DNA of 64,000 nt from Deltaproteobacteria bacterium. GTDB taxonomy: Bacteria; Desulfobacterota; JBBIRW01. Where the stretch lies: contig JBBIRW010000005.1 in the NCBI GenBank assembly GCA_037441565.1, positions 69,917-133,916 on the forward strand, written 5' to 3'. A model generated the notes under the pieces. It was given only the letters and a program-made list of their open reading frames with translations, was not told the DNA's origin and made no database searches. Made by a program: the position numbers and the translations under genes. This document shows positions 11,907-21,141 of the stretch, piece by piece (the first letter of the stretch is position 1; each line of letters opens with the position of its first letter).

Positions 11907-12770
11907 TCACTGAATATTAAGTTTTCTTATGAATTCCTTGACTTCTCTGAAAATATCCCCTCTTTTCAAAGAGAAGGCAAGGTTTGCTTTGATAAACCCT
12001 GCTTTGTCACCGCAGTCGTACCTCTCACCCGTGATCTCATAGGCATAAATGGATCTTTCGTTAAGGAGTACTCTTATCGCATCGGTAAGCTGAATCTCAC
12101 CCATTTTTCCAGGTCTCGTATTATCTAATATATCAAAAATCTCGGGTGTAAGTATATACCTCCCGATTATACCGAGATTGGATGGTGCCCTCGATGCAGG
12201 GGGCTTCTCCACCACATCTTTGATCAGATATACACCATCGGAAACCTTCTCCCCTTTTATTATTCCGTATGATGAGACCTTCTCGCGAGGAACCCTTTCC
12301 ACAGCTAATACCGGAGCCTTCATACGATTATAGATCTGGATCATCTGTCTCATTACAGGGATCTTTGCATCTATGATGTCATCCGCAAGGATTACTGCAA
12401 AGGCCTCCTGACCCACAAAACTCCTTGCGCAGAGAATGGCATGTCCAAGGCCAAGGGTTTCCTTCTGCCTTACATAGAAGATCTCAGCAAGGTCCGAGAT
12501 CTTTCTCATTTCCTTTGCAAGCTTCTTTTTACCCCTTTTTATTAGATTCCTCTCCAGTTCAAGGGATATGTCGAAATAATCCTCAATAGCTGTTTTCCCC
12601 ATCCCTGTGATAATGATGATATTTTCTATCCCTGATAATACGGCCTCTTCCACACAATAGTGGATGAGAGGCTTATCAACCAGGGGGAGCATCTCTTTTG
12701 GTGATGATTTTGTAAGCGGGAGAAATCTTGTCCCCAGTCCTGCAGCTGGAAATACCGCCTTTTTTATCAT
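11907..12770 (-). CDS. galU: UTP--glucose-1-phosphate uridylyltransferase
   Basis: N-terminal PAAGLGTRFLPLTKSSPKEMLPLVDKP and LADD motifs. Confidence 0.9.
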   Translation of the reverse strand: MIKKAVFPAAGLGTRFLPLTKSSPKEMLPLVDKPLIHYCVEEAVLSGIENIIIITGMGKTAIEDYFDISLELERNLIKRGKKKLAKEMRKISDLAEIFYVRQKETLGLGHAILCARSFVGQEAFAVILADDIIDAKIPVMRQMIQIYNRMKAPVLAVERVPREKVSSYGIIKGEKVSDGVYLIKDVVEKPPASRAPSNLGIIGRYILTPEIFDILDNTRPGKMGEIQLTDAIRVLLNERSIYAYEITGERYDCGDKAGFIKANLAFSLKRGDIFREVKEFIRKLNIQ

Positions 12771-12821
12771 CCTGTAAGAACCCCGAATCTATAAAATTTT
12801 AAGTCACATGTTTAACAGGCG

Positions 12822-13940
12822 TCAAGAAAAGAGCTTTTTTACTTTTTCCCAGAAGCTTTTACCCATAGGATGGATACTCTCTCCGGAGATCTTTGCGAAT
12901 TCCATCAAAAGCTTCTTCTGCTCCTCCGTTAATTTCTTTGGCACTTCAACAACAATCCTGATAATCTGATCACCCCTTCCAGAGCCATCAAGCCTTTCAA
13001 CCCCTTTCCCCTTTAATCTAAAGGTCTGCCCTGATTGCGTTCCTGGTGGAATCCTGAACTTTGTCATCCCATCAATTGTCGGTATATCTATTTCATCACC
13101 GAGCGCTGCCTGAACGAAGCTTATAGGTATTTCACAGATTATATCATTGCCATCCCTTTCAAAGATCGGGTGTTCCCTCACTGATATTACAACATAAAGA
13201 TCTCCTGGGGGACCACCATACAATCCCATTTCCCCTTCACCCTGAATCCTCAATCGCGTTCCAGTCTCAACACCAGGTGGAATTCTTACTGAAATCTCCT
13301 TTTCCTTCTTGACCCTTCCATTTCCTTTACATACCGGGCATATCTCTTTAATCACCCTCCCCTCACCACCACATCTGGAGCATGTCCTGCTTATGGTGAT
13401 AAATCCCTGATGAAATCTCTCCTGCCCCGTTCCCCTGCAGACCCTGCATGTTTCTATTCCTGTTCCCCCTTTTGCACCACTTCCACCGCAATCACTGCAG
13501 GTTATATACTTTGGAATTTTTATCTGTTTATCTGTCCCGAAAACCGACTCTTCAAAGCTGATCTGGAGGTTATACCTTAAGTCATGCCCCTTTTGCGGAC
13601 GCGGCCCCCTTCTTCTTGATCTGTCACCTATAAAGTCACCGAAAAATTCCTCAAATATCTCATTAAGGTCCCTGAATGAAAAACCAAAATCACTTTCAGT
13701 GAATGGTGATCCCGGTCCAGCAATGTCGCCGTATCGGTCATAATAGGCCCGCTTTTCGGGTGAACTTAAAACCTCGTATGCCTCCGATATCTCTTTGAAT
13801 TTTTCTTCAGCTTCCTTATTTCCCGGATTCCTGTCCGGATGATATTGAAGGGCAAGGCGACGAAATGCCTTTTTTATATCATCCTCTGTTGCATTTCTAT
13901 CAATTCCGAGTATTTCATAGTAGTCCTTTTTGGATCCCAC
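12822..13940 (-). CDS. dnaJ: molecular chaperone DnaJ
   Basis: J domain with HPD, G/F region, four CxxCxGxG repeats ([32 protein letters not shown]). Confidence 0.97.
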   Translation of the reverse strand: MGSKKDYYEILGIDRNATEDDIKKAFRRLALQYHPDRNPGNKEAEEKFKEISEAYEVLSSPEKRAYYDRYGDIAGPGSPFTESDFGFSFRDLNEIFEEFFGDFIGDRSRRRGPRPQKGHDLRYNLQISFEESVFGTDKQIKIPKYITCSDCGGSGAKGGTGIETCRVCRGTGQERFHQGFITISRTCSRCGGEGRVIKEICPVCKGNGRVKKEKEISVRIPPGVETGTRLRIQGEGEMGLYGGPPGDLYVVISVREHPIFERDGNDIICEIPISFVQAALGDEIDIPTIDGMTKFRIPPGTQSGQTFRLKGKGVERLDGSGRGDQIIRIVVEVPKKLTEEQKKLLMEFAKISGESIHPMGKSFWEKVKKLFS

Positions 13941-13942
13941 TT

Positions 13943-14578
13943 TTACTCACTCTCTTTTTCTTTGGATAAATCCTCCCTCTTTGGGGATTTTGAAACAATT
14001 ACAAGGGAAGGCCTCAGCAATCGATTGTAATATGTATAGCCTTTTCTCAGCTCCTCTATCACGATACCATCCTCACCTTCCTTTTCTATGTAATCAACTG
14101 CCTCATGCCTCATAGGATTGAATTTTTCATTGAGGGAGTCAATCCTCTCCACACCAAATTTATAAAGTATAGACAAAAACTGATTGAATGTAAGCCTTAC
14201 ACCCTCCACAAATGGGAAAAACTCTCCACCATCCTTTGCGTGCTTAAGTGCATTTTCAAGGTTATCCAGCACAGGAAGGAGCTCCCTAAGGAGGGACTCA
14301 TTTGAATATTTTAGATTTTCCTCCCTCTCCTTTGCGATCCTCTTCTTATAATTATCAAACTCCGCATACAGTCGGATATACTTATCCTGAAGTTCGGCAT
14401 ATGCCTTTTCAAGCTGCTCAAGTTGAGCCCTTAATTCCTCAAGTGGATCTTTTGCCTCCTGAGGCTCTGCACCACCGGAAGTCTCTACTGACTCCTCTTC
14501 TTTCTTCTCCTCTTCCACCTTTTCCCTTATTTCCCCCTTATCATCCATGATATCACCCTCCTCAAAATAAAAAAGCAA
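13943..14578 (-). CDS. grpE: nucleotide exchange factor GrpE
   Basis: Acidic N-terminus, long helix, [14 protein letters not shown] motif. An alternative ATG lies at 14548. Confidence 0.9.
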   Translation of the reverse strand: MLFYFEEGDIMDDKGEIREKVEEEKKEEESVETSGGAEPQEAKDPLEELRAQLEQLEKAYAELQDKYIRLYAEFDNYKKRIAKEREENLKYSNESLLRELLPVLDNLENALKHAKDGGEFFPFVEGVRLTFNQFLSILYKFGVERIDSLNEKFNPMRHEAVDYIEKEGEDGIVIEELRKGYTYYNRLLRPSLVIVSKSPKREDLSKEKESE

Positions 14579-14617
14579 GGGTTTGCCTTTCTTTTTGATA
14601 ATAGATAAATGCAGATA

Positions 14618-15700
14618 TCAGATCCGTTCAAGGATGTTGCTTATTACACGGGATGTATATTCTACAAGTGGAATTACCCTCGCATAATCCATCCTGATAG
14701 GGCCAACAATACCTATTGCACCCAGAATAGAATCGGGATTCCCATAAGGGGAAAGGACAAAGCTTAGATCTTTTATATCGCCGATAGATACCTCTTCCCC
14801 GATTATTACCTGAACTCCCTCGGAAAACATGCTCTTTTCGAGAAGCTCGAGAAGAAGCCTCTTTTCCTGAAGTGCCTGATATAAATCCCTCATTTTTTTA
14901 ATATTGGAAAATTCGGGTTGGTCAAATATATTGGATGTCCCATCGATATATATTTCTGTATCCCCTATTGAATCCTCACCCTGAACATCAAATGCCTTTT
15001 TGCTCAAGGTAATAGCTTTTTGATAAAGCTCATCATAATCCTTACTGTCCTTTTCTATCTCCTTAACGATCCTCCCCTTTATCTCCTCCAATGTTAAATT
15101 CTCCATAATACCATTAAGATGCCTTGTTATTCTATCAAGCTCATCCTGGGAAATGTCATCCTCCCATTCAATAACCCTGTTCTGGATAAGTCCTCCCTTT
15201 GATATGAAGATAACAAGGATCCTGCCTTTGTCCAGCCTTATAAATTCTATATGTTTTAAGATAATCCTGCTAAATTTTGGCATAAACACGATACCAGGAT
15301 AATGTGTTATCCGCGATAAAACCCTTGAGGTCGTTTTCATAATAACCCCTATTTCCATATCAATATTGCAATAAGCATCCTCAATGAGCCTCTTTTCCTG
15401 AGGCTCCATTAACCTGATCTTAAGCAGGCTATCTATATAAAAACGGAAGCCCTTACCTGTTGGTATCCTTCCGGCTGATGTATGGGGCTGTGTGAGATAA
15501 CCCTCCTCTTCAAGATCAGCCATGATATTTCTTACAGTAGCAGGACTCATGGAAAATCGGTGCTTCTTCACTATGGCTCTTGATCCCACAGGCTCGGCAG
15601 AATTTATATAATCCTCAACTACTGCCCTGAGGACAAGCATGTCCCTCGGAGAAAGTGTTGGAGCGCCATTACTTTCGGTTTTATAATGTCTTCTTTTCAT
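14618..15700 (-). CDS. hrcA: heat-inducible transcription repressor HrcA
   Basis: N-terminal winged-helix (LRAVVEDYINSAEPVGSRAIV) and HrcA C-domain. Start moved to the ATG at 15700 (MKRRHYK...) because the longer track ORF would run into the CIRCE operator. Confidence 0.92.
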   Translation of the reverse strand: MKRRHYKTESNGAPTLSPRDMLVLRAVVEDYINSAEPVGSRAIVKKHRFSMSPATVRNIMADLEEEGYLTQPHTSAGRIPTGKGFRFYIDSLLKIRLMEPQEKRLIEDAYCNIDMEIGVIMKTTSRVLSRITHYPGIVFMPKFSRIILKHIEFIRLDKGRILVIFISKGGLIQNRVIEWEDDISQDELDRITRHLNGIMENLTLEEIKGRIVKEIEKDSKDYDELYQKAITLSKKAFDVQGEDSIGDTEIYIDGTSNIFDQPEFSNIKKMRDLYQALQEKRLLLELLEKSMFSEGVQVIIGEEVSIGDIKDLSFVLSPYGNPDSILGAIGIVGPIRMDYARVIPLVEYTSRVISNILERI

Positions 15701-15711
15701 AATTTTTAATT

Positions 15712-15738
15712 TTAGCACTCTTTTGGTGAGAGTGCTAA
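15712..15738. promoter_or_regulatory. CIRCE operator (HrcA binding site)
   Basis: Perfect consensus TTAGCACTC-N9-GAGTGCTAA read directly at 15712-15738, 11 nt upstream of the hrcA ATG. Confidence 0.92.
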
Positions 15739-15744
15739 ATATAT

Positions 15745-15773
15745 TTTTTAAAACATACAGGGCGCTCTGTCAA
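15745..15773 (-). promoter_or_regulatory. putative sigma70-type promoter of hrcA operon
   Basis: Minus strand TTGACA (15773-15768), a 17-nt spacer, TAAAAA (15750-15745). CIRCE begins 6 nt downstream of the -10, so the operator covers the predicted start site. Confidence 0.45.
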
Positions 15774-15850
15774 GGTTTTTCCTATCCTTACGCAATATCC
15801 TATCCCTCTTCTGGATTTCGGGTTATCATTTAATTAAAATTGTTCTGAAT

Positions 15851-18565
15851 ATGATGAGGCATGGGGGATTTTTAAAATATAAAGGAAAACATATATTAAG
15901 TTTGTCGATTGCTATATTAATTTCGATATGGTTTATTTCTGATAATGCAATGGCACATATAGAGAAGGAAGCTGAAAGACCAACAAAATTTGCCCTTTCC
16001 AATGGACTTAGGGTGATCCTTCAAAAGAATGCCTCTTCCCCTGTTGTTGCAATAAACCTCTGGGTCAATTGCGGCAGTGCAAATGAAAGTGATGAGGAGG
16101 CAGGGATCTCACATTTTATCGAACATATGATTTTTAAGGGAACAGAAAGGAGGCGCGTGGGAGAGATAGCACGGGATATTGAATCAAGGGGAGGGGAGAT
16201 TAATGCTTACACATCATCTGATCACACAGTCTACCATATAGTCCTATCAAAAAGATTTTATGAGATAGGTCTTGATATCCTTTCTGATGCTATTGCAAAT
16301 CCGGTATTTGACCCTGAAGAGATAGAAAGGGAAAAACAGGTTGTACTGGAGGAGATAAAGAGGGGGGAGGATAGCCCTGACTCAAGATTAACAAAGATCC
16401 TTTTCGAAAATGCTTACTCCCTCCATCCATACAGGAGGCCTGTTATAGGCTTTGAAAGGGTCATAAAGAATTTAACAAGGGAACAAATCTTAAATTACTA
16501 CGAAAAATGGTACAGACCCGAAAACATGATCCTTGTAATTGTTGGGGACTTTGATGAGAAAGATATAATCCCCCTTGTCCAATCTTACTTCACCAGGATC
16601 CCTGAAAGAAAGGGTGGTGAAAGGAAGGATCCGATAGAGCCTGAAAAGAATAACATAAGCTTTCTCCATCTTTCAGGGGACATAAAGCAGATATATTTTA
16701 AGATGGGCTTCCATATCCCATCTGTTTACAATAATGATATGTATGCCCTTGAGGTTCTATCCAGTATACTTTCAAGCGGAGAAACATCAAGATTCTATCG
16801 CGCACTTAAAGGTGAAAAAATACTGGTAACAAATATTTATACCTATGCATTTACTCCAAAGGGGCCTGGTTTATTTATCATAGGTTCAAGTCTTGAAAAA
16901 GACAAACTCAATGATTCACTTTCAGTCATCTTTGAAGAGATTGAAAAATTGAAATATCAGCCTGTCAATCAATCAGAGCTGGAAAGGGCAAAGATTAATA
17001 TAGAAAGTGATTTTATATATCAGAAAGAGACAATGGAAGGCCAGGCAAGAAAGATTGGCTATTTTGAATCGGTATTCGGAGATCCTGATTATGAAAAGAA
17101 GTATATTGAGGGTATAAAATCTGTTACATATAAGGAAATAATGGGTGTTGCAAAAAAATATCTGAACCCTGCATCAATGACAGTTGTGATTATGCATCCG
17201 AAGGAGAGTCCTGTCACGCTGGATGGTGAAACACTGTTAAAGATTGCAAAGGATGCAGAAGATAAGGTCAGGAAGAAGTTATCTTTAAAGATAACAAAAG
17301 GGGATTTAGACATTGTAAAGCACGTCCTTCCCAATGGGGTAACACTCCTTATAAAGGAAAATCATGCTGTTCCTGTAGTTGCTTTCAGGGCTGCACTCCT
17401 TGGTGGTCTAAGATTCGAAAATAGTTCAAACAATGGTATATCCAACTTTTTATCAAGCCTCTTTACAAAAGGAACAACAAAATACTCTGCCCTTGAATTT
17501 GCAGAAGAGGTTGAATCCATTGCAGGTGATATATCAGGGTTTTCAGGAGCAAATAGCTTCGGCATAAGGGGTGAATTTCTCAGCAGATACTGGGAAAAGG
17601 GGTTTGAGCTCCTTGTTGATGCACTACTCCATCCATCCCTTGATCAAAAGGAGATCGAAAAAAAGAGGGAAGAGATACTCCTTGTAATAAAAAATCAGGA
17701 AGACAACCTCCATAGATCTGCAATAAATCTCTTCCTTAAAGGGCTTTTCCCCAATCACCCTTATGGAATGAATCCCCTTGGAACCTATGACACGATAAAT
17801 CTTATAAAAAGGGAGGATCTTTTAGAATTTCATAAAAGATATGTCAAGCCAGATAACCTTGTAATAGCAGTTGCAGGCGACATAAAAAGTGAAGATTTCA
17901 TAGATAAGGCAGAAAAACTGCTTGGTGGTCTTGTAGCGGATAAATTTACTCCTCCACCTATACCACATGAACAACCCATAAGTGAGCCTGTGAGGCTTGT
18001 ACAGGAAAGGGAGAAAAAACAGGCGCATATAGTTCTTGGCTTCAGGGGGTGCACAATCTATGATAGGGACAGATATGCTCTTCAAGTATTAAATGCAGTT
18101 TTATCAGGACAGGGAGGGAGACTCTTTAAGGAACTCCGCGACAGGGAAGGGCTTGCTTATGCATTAACCTCCTTTGTAACCGAGGGTCTTGATCCTGGCT
18201 ACCTTGGAGTATATATAGCGACAGGTCCTGAAAATATTGAGCGTGCAATAGATGGAATTATTAGAGAATTAAAAAGGATAAAGGATGAAGGGGTAACTGA
18301 GGAGGAACTGGAAAGGGCAAAGATGTACATCGTCGGTGGATTTGAAATTGATCTCCAGAGAAATTCCCATCAGGCATCCGTCCTTTCATTCAATGAACTT
18401 TATGGACTTGGATATGGTGAAATAAGGGGTTTTCCTGAAAAGATACTCAGTGTAAAAACCGAAGATATATATAAAGTTGCAAATAAATATCTTGACTTTA
18501 ATCGATATATACTTGCAATAATAAAGCCTTCATCTTCAATAACAGAAAAGAGAAACAATTTTTGA
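15851..18565 (+). CDS. fused two-unit M16 (pitrilysin-family) zinc peptidase, secreted or membrane-anchored
   Basis: N-terminal signal or anchor (ILSLSIAILISIWFISDNAMA). First unit has an intact HxxEH (GISHFIEHMIFKGT, His codon at 16112). Second unit has a degenerate equivalent (GISNFLSSLFTKGT). Confidence 0.88.
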   Translation: MMRHGGFLKYKGKHILSLSIAILISIWFISDNAMAHIEKEAERPTKFALSNGLRVILQKNASSPVVAINLWVNCGSANESDEEAGISHFIEHMIFKGTERRRVGEIARDIESRGGEINAYTSSDHTVYHIVLSKRFYEIGLDILSDAIANPVFDPEEIEREKQVVLEEIKRGEDSPDSRLTKILFENAYSLHPYRRPVIGFERVIKNLTREQILNYYEKWYRPENMILVIVGDFDEKDIIPLVQSYFTRIPERKGGERKDPIEPEKNNISFLHLSGDIKQIYFKMGFHIPSVYNNDMYALEVLSSILSSGETSRFYRALKGEKILVTNIYTYAFTPKGPGLFIIGSSLEKDKLNDSLSVIFEEIEKLKYQPVNQSELERAKINIESDFIYQKETMEGQARKIGYFESVFGDPDYEKKYIEGIKSVTYKEIMGVAKKYLNPASMTVVIMHPKESPVTLDGETLLKIAKDAEDKVRKKLSLKITKGDLDIVKHVLPNGVTLLIKENHAVPVVAFRAALLGGLRFENSSNNGISNFLSSLFTKGTTKYSALEFAEEVESIAGDISGFSGANSFGIRGEFLSRYWEKGFELLVDALLHPSLDQKEIEKKREEILLVIKNQEDNLHRSAINLFLKGLFPNHPYGMNPLGTYDTINLIKREDLLEFHKRYVKPDNLVIAVAGDIKSEDFIDKAEKLLGGLVADKFTPPPIPHEQPISEPVRLVQEREKKQAHIVLGFRGCTIYDRDRYALQVLNAVLSGQGGRLFKELRDREGLAYALTSFVTEGLDPGYLGVYIATGPENIERAIDGIIRELKRIKDEGVTEEELERAKMYIVGGFEIDLQRNSHQASVLSFNELYGLGYGEIRGFPEKILSVKTEDIYKVANKYLDFNRYILAIIKPSSSITEKRNNF

Positions 18566-18593
18566 TTTAGAAATCTTTAAACATCAGACCCCA

Positions 18594-19460
18594 TTGGAAT
18601 CTCTCGTGTGGAAAGAGCTTATCTTTTCTTCACCATCGAAAGTAGCGGAACAGATCGCCCTCAGGATATCCTTTCTCCTTAATACATCCTATTCATGCAC
18701 AAGGGTTTTTGAAAATAATGAGAATGATATTGAAAGGGTATCCATTTATATCCCACCGGATCAGGATCTCGAATCCCGATTAAATAGTGTAAAGGAAATC
18801 CTTGAACAATCAGGTATAAAAAGCTTCCGTATCCGATCCCTTTACCCTCAAAGGTATATTTCAGGATGGAGAAGATATTTTAAACCATACAGGATTGGAA
18901 AAATCTGGATTGCCCCTCCATGGAATGTGCCACCAACAGGAAAGGGTGAAAAACTCGTTCTCATAAAACCTGCTATGGCCTTCGGAACCGGTCTCCATCC
19001 AACAACGAGGATGTGTATCATGGCATTGGCATATTCACATGAGTATTGGAAGGGAAAGTATATACTTGATGTGGGCACTGGAACAGGGATCCTCTCTATA
19101 TGCGCTATTAAGCTTGGTGCAAAAACCGCCACTGCTGTTGATATAGATCCTGTAGCAATTAAAGAGGCGAGGTATAATTGCAAATTAAACTCCGTTTCCC
19201 ATAAAATTGTTATTCGGGATTCATTGCCTGAGGGGGATTTAAATCGATATTCCCTGTCAGTTGCGAATATAGGAACTGATGAGCTCCTTCAGATGAGTGA
19301 AAAGATCCTTTCATTAACAGAGAAGGCGGGATATATAATACTTTCAGGGATTACAGTTAATAACAAGGAAATGCTTATATCACGATATACCCCTGCATCC
19401 ATTCTCAAAAAGGTGTGGAAAAGGGATTCCTGGATAACACTCCTATTTAAGAGGCTTTAG
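18594..19460 (+). CDS. prmA: ribosomal protein L11 methyltransferase
   Basis: PrmA-like layout and SAM motif DVGTGTGILSI. TTG start at 18594. Confidence 0.82.
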   Translation: MESLVWKELIFSSPSKVAEQIALRISFLLNTSYSCTRVFENNENDIERVSIYIPPDQDLESRLNSVKEILEQSGIKSFRIRSLYPQRYISGWRRYFKPYRIGKIWIAPPWNVPPTGKGEKLVLIKPAMAFGTGLHPTTRMCIMALAYSHEYWKGKYILDVGTGTGILSICAIKLGAKTATAVDIDPVAIKEARYNCKLNSVSHKIVIRDSLPEGDLNRYSLSVANIGTDELLQMSEKILSLTEKAGYIILSGITVNNKEMLISRYTPASILKKVWKRDSWITLLFKRL

Positions 19461-19466
19461 GATAAT

Positions 19467-20219
19467 ATGCCACACTTTTACGTTCCACCTGAACAAATAA
19501 AAGGAAACAGGGCATTTATAACAGGCGATGAGGCACGACACATAAGAAGGGTATTAAGGATGAGGTCGGGCGATGAGATATTCTTCTTCGATGGAACAGG
19601 ACGTATTTATCAGGGAAGGATTATTGAGGTTGATCCCTTCGATGTTGTTATTGAAATACTGGAAAGCTGGGAAAAGAAGGATGGATCCATAGATATATAC
19701 CTTGCCCAGGGCATACCAAAAGGTGAAAAGATGGATTTCATCGTTCAAAAGTCAACAGAACTCGGGGTTCGTATGATCTTCCCCCTTATAACGGAGAGAA
19801 CAATCCCTGAGATGGATGAAGTCTCGCGTATGAAAAAGGTTGAAAGATGGAGAAGGATATCCATTGAGGCAAGTAAACAGTGCGGCAGATCAGACCTACC
19901 GATCATAAAAGATATTAGTATGCTGGATAGCTTTCTCTCAAAAAACATAAGTGGATCTCTAACTGTTGCAAAAAATGAATTGCGTATAATCCTGTGGGAA
20001 GGAGAAAAGAAAATCACACTTCGTGATTTTCTGAGATCCCGGACAAGACCGAAAAGGGTCGTTCTACTTATTGGACCAGAAGGGGGATTATCACTCAGGG
20101 AGGTTGAAAGGGCATGCTCAGAAGGGTTCAGAACAGTAAGCCTTGGACATAATATATTGAGAACAGAAACAGCATCTATAATTGCCATTGGGAATATCCT
20201 TTATGAATATGGAGGTTAG
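19467..20219 (+). CDS. rsmE: 16S rRNA (uracil1498-N3)-methyltransferase
   Basis: PUA-like N-terminus (HFYV...ITGDEARHI..VLRM) and SPOUT C-terminus with GPEGGLS and LG..ILR.ETA. Confidence 0.88.
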   Translation: MPHFYVPPEQIKGNRAFITGDEARHIRRVLRMRSGDEIFFFDGTGRIYQGRIIEVDPFDVVIEILESWEKKDGSIDIYLAQGIPKGEKMDFIVQKSTELGVRMIFPLITERTIPEMDEVSRMKKVERWRRISIEASKQCGRSDLPIIKDISMLDSFLSKNISGSLTVAKNELRIILWEGEKKITLRDFLRSRTRPKRVVLLIGPEGGLSLREVERACSEGFRTVSLGHNILRTETASIIAIGNILYEYGG

Positions 20220-20697
20220 ATCCGCAAAGTTCCCATCAATTTTTATCAGATCCCTGGCCTTCTGGATCGATGCAATTATAGTAGCAATTGCTGTTACTCT
20301 CCTTTTTTTTGCAGGTCTGCTTGGTTCTGCTGGTGCTTTTATCGTCTGCAGATTGCAATGGGATAAAAGACTTATAACCATCCCGACTGATACACTCCTC
20401 CTCCTGGTACCCTTTTTGATTCCACTATATTCCTGTTTTTTCAATGGTCTTTATGGCAAAACTCCGGGTAGGGCCATTATGGGTATAAGGGTTTTGGATA
20501 TGGCTGGAAGAAATCCTGGTATACTTAAGGCTGCTTTTAGATTGTTCCTTTCATTTATCTCTTTAATGTTATGCTTTATAGGATTTTTATGGATATTGTT
20601 CAACAGGGAAAGAAGGGCGCTTCACGACATACTATCGAGAACAATTGTTGTATATGAAAGAGATCTTTTCCTTGACAGTGGGGGTGAAATGGCATAG
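20182..20697 (+). CDS. RDD family membrane protein
   Basis: TM segments, GKTPGRAIMGIRV, and the terminal R..LHD motif. The start is uncertain (ATGs at 20203 and 20209) and the ORF overlaps the rsmE end. Confidence 0.72.
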   Translation: MPLGISFMNMEVRSAKFPSIFIRSLAFWIDAIIVAIAVTLLFFAGLLGSAGAFIVCRLQWDKRLITIPTDTLLLLVPFLIPLYSCFFNGLYGKTPGRAIMGIRVLDMAGRNPGILKAAFRLFLSFISLMLCFIGFLWILFNRERRALHDILSRTIVVYERDLFLDSGGEMA

Positions 20698-20715
20698 ATT
20701 TTATGTTTGATCCTC

Positions 20716-20788
20716 GGGGGGTTAGCTCAGTCGGTAGAGCACAGGACTGAAAATCCTGGTGTCCACGGTTCAATTCCGTGACCCCCCA
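20716..20788 (+). tRNA. tRNA-Phe (anticodon GAA)
   Basis: Cloverleaf folded by hand. Acceptor GGGGGGT/ACCCCCC, D arm GCTC-AGTCGGTA-GAGC, anticodon loop CTGAAAA, T arm CACGG-TTCAATT-CCGTG, discriminator A. CCA is not encoded. Confidence 0.93.
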
Positions 20789-20790
20789 TA

Positions 20791-21141
20791 TTATACCATC
20801 CTTATAAGATCCCTACTTCCGCAGCTCGGACATACAAGTTCTCTGTTCATACATCTCCAGAGTCCATAAAATATTCCAGGAAGAAAAAGGATCAGGAGAA
20901 GGAGTTCAAGAAACAAGCTTCCCTTTAAACGATATTCGCAAAGTCCCCTGTATGTACAGTAAAGACACTGTATATAAAAGGGTGGGGGCTTTTTTATCCT
21001 TACGAATATGATGTAAAGAAGCGTAATGGCAGCAATTGTTGAAAAACCAAGGATATACCAGATCCATAAGGGTTCAACATGCATGAAACCTGAGAATTGT
21101 ATGGAAAGGATAGCGAATCCCTCCCCATATTTTTTCATCAA
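20791..21141 (-). CDS. small membrane protein with split zinc ribbon (LITAF-like topology)
   Basis: One N-terminal TM, then CLYC, 13 aa, a roughly 20-aa hydrophobic stretch (LFLELLLLILFLPGIFYGLW), then VCPSCG. Its start overlaps the upstream MerR-TPR stop (ATGA). Its stop lies 2 nt from the tRNA-Phe 3' end. Confidence 0.6.
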   Translation of the reverse strand: MMKKYGEGFAILSIQFSGFMHVEPLWIWYILGFSTIAAITLLYIIFVRIKKPPPFYIQCLYCTYRGLCEYRLKGSLFLELLLLILFLPGIFYGLWRCMNRELVCPSCGSRDLIRMV

